Source: a virus. From it: a stretch of DNA of 64,000 nt. The stretch is from IMG/VR virus record IMGVR_UViG_3300049432_000156, positions 1-64,000 of that record. One strand, written 5' to 3'. The notes beneath the pieces are model-generated. The model did not search any database and was not told the DNA's origin. It was given only the letters and a program-made list of their open reading frames with translations. How positions within the stretch are numbered: position 1 is the stretch's first letter; each line of letters opens with the position of its first letter. The translations under genes and the position numbers were made by a program. Of the stretch, positions 9,482-17,103 are shown piece by piece.

Positions 9482-9960
9482 CTTTGTCTTTCATAGGCTT
9501 GCCTTTCCAATTGGGTTAACAGTTCAGAGATCGTAATATGACACCCGCCGGCTGAATTGACAATGGCCCAGTCTTTGGTGACGAGAACACGCGCAAGCTG
9601 GGCGTCATCATTCCATGCGCCGATCTTGGTCAGCGCATTTGCCACTGCCGCAGCCAGGTTGTCGAAGTCGGGTTTCTGTGTGTGATGGCTTGGAGCGGTT
9701 TCCTTGACCTTGCCGTTCGCCCTGAAGTGCGACTTCGGCCGCTTGAAATTGAACCGCAGTTCAAGGGAGATCGGGCCGTCGAACTTCTCAATTCCAGCTT
9801 CTTTGGCGGCTATCGCGATGGCCGACTTCCAACCTTCCGCCGTCGTCGGCGAGTACGCCCTCACCTGAATCTTATCTCCTTGTTTTAACGCGAACGCCCG
9901 CGGCCTGCCTTGCGCCTTTGGAGTTCCAGATACGAAAAAACTGATCGTTCTATTGGACAT
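9463..9960 (-). CDS. rusA: RusA-family Holliday junction resolvase
   Basis: GTPKAQGRPR...F.FKRPKSH...KPDFDNL...WNDDAQL; start set at ATG 9960. Confidence 0.85.
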   Translation of the reverse strand: MSNRTISFFVSGTPKAQGRPRAFALKQGDKIQVRAYSPTTAEGWKSAIAIAAKEAGIEKFDGPISLELRFNFKRPKSHFRANGKVKETAPSHHTQKPDFDNLAAAVANALTKIGAWNDDAQLARVLVTKDWAIVNSAGGCHITISELLTQLERQAYERQRTNDPS

Positions 9961-10043
9961 GCCGCCACCATCTTCTCCTGACAACATTGTGGGACGATAG
10001 CCAGCGCTGAATTTCCAAGCAATGAAAAAATCACAAAAAATGA

Positions 10044-10071
10044 TTGCATTGTTTTTGGTCCTCTGTATCGT
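10044..10071 (+). promoter_or_regulatory. putative sigma70-type promoter in divergent AT-rich spacer
   Basis: TTGCAT-16bp-TATCGT, 8 nt before ATG 10080. Confidence 0.45.
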
Positions 10072-10079
10072 GGCCGTGC

Positions 10080-10238
10080 ATGAGCGCAACTCAATCTGAA
10101 CGGACATGCCCGGTCAGAATATCCAGAGAACTCCATCAGCGGGCAAAGGCTTACGCCGCAAAACGCGGTTTGAAGATGCAAGCGCTGGCCGAACAAGCCT
10201 TCAAACTCCTGCTCGATGGCGCGAAGAAACCCCTATGA
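10080..10238 (+). CDS. ribbon-helix-helix (Arc/CopG-like) regulator
   Basis: PVRISRELHQRAKAYAAKRGLKMQALAEQA. Confidence 0.7.
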   Translation: MSATQSERTCPVRISRELHQRAKAYAAKRGLKMQALAEQAFKLLLDGAKKPL

Positions 10239-11479
10239 GTGAACCAACAAATCCGTTTGCCGTCGCCGCGAAACCAGCCGGGCCTGAGACGCTTCAGAGC
10301 CTTCTCGCCCAGGACAAATATCGAAAGCGTTTCGAGCAGGTGCTCGCCGACCGTGCGCCACAATTCATCAGCAGCATTCTCTCGCTGGGTGCCACGATGC
10401 CGGACGTTGAACCGCGAAGCATTCTCGCCAGCGCGGCCATCGCGGCATCTTTAGACCTCCCCGTGGATAAAAATCTTGGGTTCGCTTGGATCATTCCCTA
10501 TCGCAAGGGCGACAGGAAGTTCGCATCATTCCAGATGGGGGCGCGCGCCTACGTGCAGCTTGCCCTGCGCACTGCTCAGTACAAACGGATGAACGCGAAA
10601 CCGGTGAACGCCGAGGCGCTGAATGGGTACGACAACATTGGAGAGCCGGTGATTGATTGGAACAAGCTTGACGAAACAAAGGAACCGGTCGGGTATGTCT
10701 TTGCGTTCTCCCTCGTAAACGGTTTCACCAAGACATGCTACTGGTCGAAGTCCAAGGTCGAGGATCATGCCAGGAAATACTCGCAGGCGTATCGCGCAGG
10801 CTATGATTCGCCGTGGAAGACGCATTTTTCGGCTATGGCTTTGAAGACCGTCATCGCCAATGAGCTTCGGCACTGGGGTATTCTATCGGTAGAGATGCAG
10901 ATGGCATTTCGCGAGGACCTCGGAATGCACAAAGACATCGACACTGAAGTTGAATTTCCCGAGCCGGGAGACGAAATCATGCGACCGAAGTTTGATGACA
11001 AAATCGCCGACGCCGCGGACGCGAAGGCAACGGCCGACGAGAAGGCCGAAGCAGCGGCCGGTCTCGCCCCATCTTCACCGCCACCAGAACAACCCAGGCG
11101 CGGGCGAAAGAAAGCGGCAGCACCGGAGCCACCGGTTCAAGCCGCGCCCCAAGCGCCCGCGCCTGCTCCTGCTCCGGTTGCTCAGACGGGGCCAACAACC
11201 GCGACTCAGCCAAGCCCACCGAGCCAGCCAGCAGCCGGAGCCACGCAGCCGTCGTTCTCGGAGCTTTCCTTCCAACCGTACAACCAGTTGCGCGAGTTGA
11301 TGGATCACAGCAAGATCACGGAGCCGGAAATGATTCGCCTGTGCAGACACCGCGGCCTGATGACGGAGCAGCAGCAGGAGCTTCTGCAACTTGCGGACGA
11401 TAAGATCAAAGACCTCTGCGAAAGTTGGCCTGCAGTCGCTGGGCAGGTAAGGATTGATCGGAAGAGTTCGGGGAAATGA
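10235..11479 (+). CDS. recT: RecT-family ssDNA annealing protein
   Basis: AAIAASLDLP..NLGFAWIIPY, FQMG..YVQLALRT, SPWKTHFSAMALKTVI; Pro/Ala-rich linker and C-terminal extension. Confidence 0.9.
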   Translation: MSEPTNPFAVAAKPAGPETLQSLLAQDKYRKRFEQVLADRAPQFISSILSLGATMPDVEPRSILASAAIAASLDLPVDKNLGFAWIIPYRKGDRKFASFQMGARAYVQLALRTAQYKRMNAKPVNAEALNGYDNIGEPVIDWNKLDETKEPVGYVFAFSLVNGFTKTCYWSKSKVEDHARKYSQAYRAGYDSPWKTHFSAMALKTVIANELRHWGILSVEMQMAFREDLGMHKDIDTEVEFPEPGDEIMRPKFDDKIADAADAKATADEKAEAAAGLAPSSPPPEQPRRGRKKAAAPEPPVQAAPQAPAPAPAPVAQTGPTTATQPSPPSQPAAGATQPSFSELSFQPYNQLRELMDHSKITEPEMIRLCRHRGLMTEQQQELLQLADDKIKDLCESWPAVAGQVRIDRKSSGK

Positions 11480-11910
11480 AATTGCCAAAAGCAATTCGTG
11501 GCAACGCTGGTGGCAGCGCTGGGCGGCTGCGTCGCGCGCTCCGACGGCTGGCGAATAGCGCGGCGCTGGCGTGTGCATCACGATCACCGGAGAAGACCCG
11601 GGCGGCCCTGCAAAGCCTCAGCGCCGAGGTGGAGCGCGCAGATCAGGTGATAAATTCCATCAAGCAAGCAGAACGACCCAAGCTCAATGCGTTAGACCTT
11701 TGCCGGTCGATGCTGAATCACTCAAAAGACAGAGAAAATCTCCGAGCGCCCGAAGACGATGAGATTCGCGAACTCTGCGAGCGAATTGGATACGGGGCCG
11801 TCATGGATTCTGCGGCTCGACAATGGCGAAAGAAAGACCCGATTACCGCTTTCGTCACCGGTCCATGTATTGGAACTCTCATCCATTATCTCGCTGACCG
11901 ATCCGAATGA
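11476..11910 (+). CDS. hypothetical protein
   Basis: ATGA-coupled to recT. Confidence 0.6.
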   Translation: MKLPKAIRGNAGGSAGRLRRALRRLANSAALACASRSPEKTRAALQSLSAEVERADQVINSIKQAERPKLNALDLCRSMLNHSKDRENLRAPEDDEIRELCERIGYGAVMDSAARQWRKKDPITAFVTGPCIGTLIHYLADRSE

Positions 11911-11976
11911 GCGCCACTGACACCAGCTTTTCAGAAGTCGCCAAACGCGTTCAACTGCGAGGTGGTCTGTGATTTC

Positions 11977-12006
11977 GCCGAACGGCCAAGCAGCGCATGG
12001 TTCGGG
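11977..12006 (-). repeat. attC-like site A (internally deleted)
   Basis: + strand GCCGAACggccaag fused directly to cagcgcatgGTTCGGG. Confidence 0.6.
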
Positions 12007-12143
12007 AGAAGCCGACCCGCTGGTGTCGGAACTGCGAAGCCTCGCGACGACCGAATACCCGCTCTGCCCGGAAGCGAGACTGCTGCTTGAAATGGCCGTG
12101 GATGCTCAGCTTGGAAAACCCATAGACGTGACTCGGCTGCTCC

Positions 12144-12235
12144 CCAAGCTCAGCGACGGCAAAACCGAGACTCAACCATGCGAGAAAAAGTAAACCCAGA
12201 GCAGAAGCCGAGTTCGCCGGAGCGCTTGGTTAGGC
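12144..12235 (-). repeat. attC-like site B (left core deleted)
   Basis: ccaaGCTCAGCgacggc ... gccgagttcGCCGGAGC-gcttg-GTTAGGC; ATG 12178 in loop. Confidence 0.7.
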
Positions 12236-12470
12236 TGATATACTGCACTACACTGCTCCTCCTTGGCGTAGCGTCCATCAGCCATTCGATTGTGATATGG
12301 CGCTGGCAAAACAGGATCGTCACTTTAGAAACAGAAGTATCACTGCTGCGATCGCAGCTATCGACCCGACAATCAGGATCGCTATATCCACGCAGTGAAG
12401 GCGCTCAATTGATCTCTTCAAATCTCCTTGGCCATCTCGCCCCTATTGACTCTATTTTAAGCATGTGGAA

Positions 12471-12776
12471 TCAGGCTGACGTACCATGAACCGCGATCCT
12501 TCCTCTTTGCGTGATGCGATATTCAGTCGGGCGCGTCGCTGTCGCTTCGGCATGGCCAGACTGAAGAAGACGCTCCAACAAAAAGTCAGCGCGCTATACC
12601 GATACTCCGACCGTCTGTGCTATCGCTTCTGGAAGTACCCAATCCCGCGCCGTGTCCAACGCCTTTATGACATGGCGTGCCTCTACGGACAATTGCTCCC
12701 CTATTACCTCGCGGTATTGCTGGAGGAGTTCATCATACTTCTGACGGAGGGAATCGAAGTCTTCATTTGGGTTCAT
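12471..12776 (-). pseudogene. winged-helix protein interrupted by in-frame TAG at 12594-12596
   Basis: Manual translation through the stop: EAIAQTVGVSV*RADFLLERLLQSGHAE...YRITQRGR. Confidence 0.6.
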
Positions 12777-12811
12777 AATAGGCGAGTGAACGATTGGCGT
12801 CGCGATAGTCA

Positions 12812-12919
12812 GCCTAACGACCAAGCTCAGGAGCGGCGGGAAGGAAAACTATGAACGAGCAAGAGACTCAAGGCACAACCTCAACCGGCTCCCCGCCGTC
12901 GCCCAGCGCAGTGTTCGGC
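12812..12919 (-). repeat. attC-like site C
   Basis: GCCTAAC-gaccaa-GCTCAGG-agcggcggg ... cccgccgtcgcccagc-gcagt-GTTCGGC; AAGGA and ATG 12851 in loop. Confidence 0.8.
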
Positions 12920-13066
12920 GGCGGACGTTGCTGGCGAAACTTTTTGGCAGCATAACCGACCCGCGATACGCGGTACTAGTGCGCGTGAATCCGAGGCGGC
13001 GACTCGATCCGTGATGAGAGACGAAAGGGTTATGCTGCCGTTTGAATCTGTGGACAAGAACGAGCC

Positions 13067-13148
13067 GCCGAACGACCAAGCAAACCTGAAACCTTATGGC
13101 AAATAAACAAAACGCAAAAGCCGGGTTCGCTGGAGCGCCTGGTTCTGC
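13067..13148 (-). repeat. attC-like site D (left arm shortened)
   Basis: GCCGAAC-gaccaa-gc ... gggttc-GCTGGAGC-gcctg-GTTCTGC; ATG 13096 in loop. Confidence 0.75.
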
Positions 13149-13353
13149 GGCGTGCCCCGACTTCTGGTTTCGATACGAGAGGGTGGACGGCGAGGAAGTG
13201 ATAAACACATCGCGCAATCTGCTCTATGAACAGGTGATGGAAATCATGGCTGGGATTGATCGCGTGAAAGCGACGATCACCGCTGGTGACAAATGGCACT
13301 GCCCGAACTGCGACAAGCCGCATAACGACAAAGCTCAGCGACCGGCCAACTGA
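13096..13353 (+). CDS. cassette ORF, hypothetical
   Basis: Starts in site D, stops in site E; HCPNC motif. Confidence 0.55.
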   Translation: MANKQNAKAGFAGAPGSAACPDFWFRYERVDGEEVINTSRNLLYEQVMEIMAGIDRVKATITAGDKWHCPNCDKPHNDKAQRPAN

Positions 13354-13423
13354 TATGAGCCAACCCGCGAGCAACGGCACGACTGAAACGACAATCCCGG
13401 TTGGCTCCAGTGAGTTGTTAGAG
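13320..13423 (-). repeat. attC-like site E
   Basis: GCATAAC-gacaaa-GCTCAGC-gaccgg ... ccggttg-GCTCCAGT-gagtt-GTTAGAG; ATG 13355 in loop. Confidence 0.8.
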
Positions 13424-13609
13424 GCGCTTCGGCGATGGCGCTACTTTGAAAAGAGACACGCAGCAGTGGTGCTTGGTGAAATCGACATCGACGCACAGCA
13501 GGCGAAAGAAGTATCTGACCGTGCGTTGCATCAACTGCGGATTGTGGCGGATAGGGCAATCACGCAAGCCTCTAACGACAAGCTCACCGACCGCCCACCG
13601 CGACAATGA
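13355..13609 (+). CDS. cassette ORF, hypothetical helical protein
   Basis: Starts in site E, stops in site F overlapping the next ATG. Confidence 0.6.
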   Translation: MSQPASNGTTETTIPVGSSELLEALRRWRYFEKRHAAVVLGEIDIDAQQAKEVSDRALHQLRIVADRAITQASNDKLTDRPPRQ

Positions 13610-13672
13610 AAAACACTGACTCCAAGTCCAACCCGAAAGCGAATGGCGGTTCGGTGCAGCGCATGGTTGGGC
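13570..13672 (-). repeat. attC-like site F
   Basis: CTCTAAC-gacaa-GCTCACC-gaccgcc ... ggcggttc-GGTGCAGC-gcatg-GTTGGGC; ATG 13606 in loop. Confidence 0.88.
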
Positions 13673-13821
13673 TGCGACGGTGCTCTTGCGGTCTCCGTCC
13701 AAAACTCACGCGATGGGAGGGCGGCGTAGAAATCGAATGCAGACTTGGCATGGACGAAGGATGCGGAGACTACATTAATGAAGCGACTGAGGCTCAAGCC
13801 CGAGCCGCATGGAACCAGTAA
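13606..13821 (+). CDS. cassette ORF, Lar-like (restriction alleviation) zinc finger
   Basis: LRRCSCG..P....IEC....GC.....EAQARAAWN resembles the Lar family pattern. Confidence 0.6.
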   Translation: MKNTDSKSNPKANGGSVQRMVGLRRCSCGLRPKLTRWEGGVEIECRLGMDEGCGDYINEATEAQARAAWNQ

Positions 13822-13825
13822 GTGA

Positions 13826-13912
13826 GCCCAACGACAAAGCTCAGCGACCGGGACGCTGAGTAAAGTATTAACCCCGCGGCGAATCCCGGTTCGCTGCAGC
13901 GATTGGTTAGGT
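13826..13912 (-). repeat. attC-like site G
   Basis: GCCCAAC-gacaaa-GCTCAGC-gaccggga ... tcccggttc-GCTGCAGC-gattg-GTTAGGT. Confidence 0.9.
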
Positions 13913-13932
13913 AAAAGTAACCCAAAACCACA

Positions 13933-14148
13933 ATGAAAAAAACGACCATAACTCAGGCCCAAGAGGACGCCGTATATGCAATCGGCACCAAATCTCGCGT
14001 CAACCTGCACGAAATCCACCCGCGCGTTGCTCGTGCTTTGATAAAAAAAAGACTGATCGAAAAACAATGGAACTCGAACGATGCAAGCGGAGAAAAGCTG
14101 AAGCTGACGGACAATGGCAGATCGGCGTTCAAACAGCTTTTTACCTAA
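13933..14148 (+). CDS. cassette ORF, small winged-helix-like protein
   Basis: HPRVARALIKKRLIE...LKLTDNGR; TAA within ACCTAAC core; AT-richer than flanks. Confidence 0.65.
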   Translation: MKKTTITQAQEDAVYAIGTKSRVNLHEIHPRVARALIKKRLIEKQWNSNDASGEKLKLTDNGRSAFKQLFT

Positions 14149-14161
14149 CAGTACTTTAGAC
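14143..14161 (-). promoter_or_regulatory. attI-like simple site
   Basis: Minus strand GTCTAAA-gtact-GTTAGGT; same 7-5-7 spacing as attI1 (CCCTAAA-acaaa-GTTRRRY); no palindromic arm beyond it. Confidence 0.6.
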
Positions 14162-14183
14162 GACTCTTGAAAGGTAACGTTAA

Positions 14184-14477
14184 ATGACTCGCAAGCACTC
14201 AGCCAACGCACTGGCGGCAAAACAACGCAATCGGTTGGCCTCACCACCACCTGATTACTTCGACGCGCCGGATTACTCCAAGCCCGTGCGCGAGATCGTT
14301 TACCGCGACCTGCTGAGCGGCGAGACGCACATATTCCTGTTGTTCATCCATCCGCGCCGGGTCGATCAATTTGTTTGCCTCATCGACGGCAAGCCGTGGC
14401 TGGCCCAAGCCGGTTGGAGCCGCGTTTTAGCTGGACTCCGCAAGGCTGTGCCACGCTTCTCACAACGACCTCAATGA
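14184..14477 (+). CDS. hypothetical protein
   Basis: 97 aa, coupled to next gene. Confidence 0.65.
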   Translation: MTRKHSANALAAKQRNRLASPPPDYFDAPDYSKPVREIVYRDLLSGETHIFLLFIHPRRVDQFVCLIDGKPWLAQAGWSRVLAGLRKAVPRFSQRPQ

Positions 14478-14731
14478 ACGACGCTCTGTTCAGACCGTCC
14501 TCGATGCTCCGCCGGTCAAAGTGTCCGGGGAGCTTGGCGCTTGAATCCACGTTGCCGGAGAGCGTGGATGACGAGAGCGACGAATACCGAGCAGAAGGTC
14601 GCCTGCTACACGCGCTCATTGCAGACCCGTCTCTGCCGAGAGATGAACTAAAGCCGAGCCAGATGGATTTAATCGAAACCATCGAGAAGGAGGAACGGAA
14701 TTTTCTCGAATCTAATCTATTCACCGTCTGA
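14474..14731 (+). CDS. N-terminal part of DUF2800/Cas4-like PD-(D/E)XK nuclease
   Basis: RPSSMLRRSKCPGS...AEGRLLH. Confidence 0.7.
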   Translation: MNDALFRPSSMLRRSKCPGSLALESTLPESVDDESDEYRAEGRLLHALIADPSLPRDELKPSQMDLIETIEKEERNFLESNLFTV

Positions 14732-15618
14732 TGAAAGATTACATCGAACTGGTGGAGGAAGCGTTCTCATTCAGTTGGGATGGCAAGGTGTTGTTCACCG
14801 GGCATCCAGACAGTGTGCTTGTGTTCCGCCTTGGTAATCCAGTCATCGTGCGTGAACGGAAGATGGGGTTCAAAGTGGTCCAAGCTGCTGACGCAAACCT
14901 ACAGCTTCGTGCGTATATCGCGATGGTATCCGAAAAATATCAAGCGAGCGATTACTACGGCCAGCTCACCCAGCCGAGAGTTTCATCGAAGTCACACATT
15001 GTTTATTATACGCGAGAGGATGTCGCCAAAGCCCGCCTTGAAATAAAGGCTTTATGGGACGCAAGCCACGCGCCAGATGCGCCGCGCCGGGCATCGCACG
15101 ACGCCTGCAACTTCTGCCGGGCGCAGACCGTGTGCCCCGAATTTCAGTCTTGGCTCGGTGCCATCGAGAAATCAAAGCACCTGCCGGTCGCTCAATGGAC
15201 GGACGGCCAGATGAGTCTGTTTGAGGAACGGCGTGGAATGTTGGAGAAATTCCTCAAGGAGACCCACAAGCAGATCTTCGCGATTAAACAGGCTGACCCG
15301 GAGAGATTGCCGGGGTGGAGTATAAAGCCCGGAGCTAACGTCCGAAGAGTCAACGACCTTGTCGCCGCCTGGTCGGCATTGCAGAGTTTGCTGTCCGACG
15401 GTTTTGGCAACGAAGCCGCGAAGCAATTCAGCAATTGCTGTGACATCTCAATCGGGGCATTGGAAGATTTGATTTACAACATGCTCAAGGATGCGGCAAA
15501 AAAAAAGAGCCAGAAAGAAGTCAAACGACTGGTCAACGATGCCCTGTCCGGGCTAATTGAACTGCGACAGAACAAGCCATCATTGGTCAAAGATGAGCGA
15601 ACAGCACCAAACCGTTAA
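14731..15618 (+). CDS. C-terminal part of DUF2800/Cas4-like PD-(D/E)XK nuclease
   Basis: GHPD..ERKMG..NLQLRAY..QPR..CNFCRAQTVC..LPGW. Confidence 0.75.
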   Translation: MKDYIELVEEAFSFSWDGKVLFTGHPDSVLVFRLGNPVIVRERKMGFKVVQAADANLQLRAYIAMVSEKYQASDYYGQLTQPRVSSKSHIVYYTREDVAKARLEIKALWDASHAPDAPRRASHDACNFCRAQTVCPEFQSWLGAIEKSKHLPVAQWTDGQMSLFEERRGMLEKFLKETHKQIFAIKQADPERLPGWSIKPGANVRRVNDLVAAWSALQSLLSDGFGNEAAKQFSNCCDISIGALEDLIYNMLKDAAKKKSQKEVKRLVNDALSGLIELRQNKPSLVKDERTAPNR

Positions 15619-15775
15619 AGTCGGTCAGCGTGTTAAAATAGGAAGTCACGTCGGCACCGTTACCGGCAAGACCGGCGAGTGGTATCACATAGATTGGGAT
15701 GATTGGAAACAGCACTGCTGCAACTACTATGGAGCGTGGGAATTTGAGGCTGCGTCGGTAAAAGATGAATAGCCC

Positions 15776-16126
15776 ATGAGCTTGGTTAAAAAGCTAGATG
15801 CCATCCCGCCCTGCCTCGTGCGTTTGATCGCCAGAGACCCACGGCATCCAGGCCGCCGGCTGCCGCTCTTGGCCATTGCCGAACGCGCCGGCTTGTCCTA
15901 TGGAGCCACGAGGCGCCTGTCGCTGAAACGCTCGTGGGGCAATGTCACACCAAGGATCATTGATTCCTTCTGTAGCGCGTGCGGCGTCGACATTCTGCAT
16001 CCGAAAAGCTCCGTTGATTATCTCAAAAGAACTCTGAGGAAACCAAACGGCTACAAACTGCTGGCCAACAAATCCGGTTCTGGATCGGCCGAGTCGGTGC
16101 TAAGATTATTGCAGACACTCCAATGA
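15776..16126 (+). CDS. HTH DNA-binding protein
   Basis: LLAIAERAGLSYGATRRLS...IDSFCSACGVD, XRE-like. Confidence 0.55.
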   Translation: MSLVKKLDAIPPCLVRLIARDPRHPGRRLPLLAIAERAGLSYGATRRLSLKRSWGNVTPRIIDSFCSACGVDILHPKSSVDYLKRTLRKPNGYKLLANKSGSGSAESVLRLLQTLQ

Positions 16127-17103
16127 ATGACGAAAACAAAGCCCTGGAACAGAACCCCGTCCTCAAGCCGACGGTTGCCATATGGGTCGAGGAGTACAAG
16201 GCGCAGAATTTTCCAAGATTCGCGCAGAACACTCGAACCTTAGTGAACACTGAACTTGTCCGGTTTGCGCTATTCCTTGGACGCCGAGCAATCTCCGGGA
16301 ACATCCTGCACGAGTACATGGCCGAACAACGTCGCAGGGTTGCAGGCGAATCGCTGATCAGGGCGATGCGATGGACTGGCGCATTCCTGAAGTGGGCCGA
16401 GGAAATGGGCTACCTGGACAGGCGCTACTCGTCGCTGTCGATCTTCAAATGCAGTGCGGTCCTGGTCATTCACAAACCGCCGCAGCGCTTCACGCCCGAA
16501 CAGTACGAAGCGATGAAGGAAGCGACCAAGGGCACCGGATGGCACTATGCCACGATCATGGCGTATCGCACCGGCGCACGGTTGAGCGATGCGTGTCTGC
16601 TGAAATGGGAGAGCGTAAACCTGGAAGAGCTTTACATTCATTACCTGCCGTGGAAAACCAGGAAGTCGCAGCGGTATGCGACCTGCCCCTTTCAGGCTGG
16701 TGGGGATTTCCACAATGTACTCATTGAGCTAAACGCATCACGGGACAAGCGCCCGCACTGGGACCAGTTCGTCTGCCCGGAACTCGCGATGAGATACGCG
16801 ACGCAATCAGACGTGTTCCAGAGCTATGAGCTGAGTCGTCAGTTCGGAGGCTACTGCAAAAAAATCGGCGCTGCGCACCTGAGCTTCCATAAACTGCGTA
16901 ACACGTTCATGGCGAAATGCGTTGACGGCTCAATCCCGTTCGCACAGGCGCGTCAGATTACGGGGCTTGGTAGCGACAGCGTGTTCATGCGATATGCGAA
17001 ACCGAATCTGGATGTTCTCAGAGTCGCAATCGACAAAATTGATTCGCAAGACTTGCCTAAAGGAACGTCGATTATTCAGTTGCCGCAAAATTCGGCAGCT
17101 TGA
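16123..17103 (+). CDS. tyrosine recombinase
   Basis: TGARLSD (R), PWKT (K), FHKLRNTF (HxxR), MRYA (Y); second His appears as Leu (ITGL). Confidence 0.85.
   Translation: MNDENKALEQNPVLKPTVAIWVEEYKAQNFPRFAQNTRTLVNTELVRFALFLGRRAISGNILHEYMAEQRRRVAGESLIRAMRWTGAFLKWAEEMGYLDRRYSSLSIFKCSAVLVIHKPPQRFTPEQYEAMKEATKGTGWHYATIMAYRTGARLSDACLLKWESVNLEELYIHYLPWKTRKSQRYATCPFQAGGDFHNVLIELNASRDKRPHWDQFVCPELAMRYATQSDVFQSYELSRQFGGYCKKIGAAHLSFHKLRNTFMAKCVDGSIPFAQARQITGLGSDSVFMRYAKPNLDVLRVAIDKIDSQDLPKGTSIIQLPQNSAA

Larger units (their letters stand above)
11977..14161 (-). mobile_element. integron-like cassette array: 7 attC-like sites plus attI-like site, no IntI adjacent
   Basis: See individual sites; the core heptamers flanking each cassette are reverse complements. 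Confidence 0.85.

Noticed and set aside
12594-12596. Genome-wide TAG recoding suggested by the in-frame TAG
   Set aside because: Long genes are not fragmented in the standard code and the giant gene ends on TAG at a convergent boundary; a point mutation is simpler.
11977-13912. Repeats as a CRISPR array or simple terminators
   Set aside because: Units are non-identical palindromes of about 80-110 bp separated by gene-sized spacers, with no U-tracts; they match attC anatomy instead.
14474-15618. Cas4 as part of a CRISPR-Cas locus
   Set aside because: No other cas genes or array; the context with RecT fits a phage recombination exonuclease.
16123-17103. Calling the recombinase IntI
   Set aside because: No recognisable IntI-specific insertion between patches II and III, and it is not adjacent to the attI-like site.
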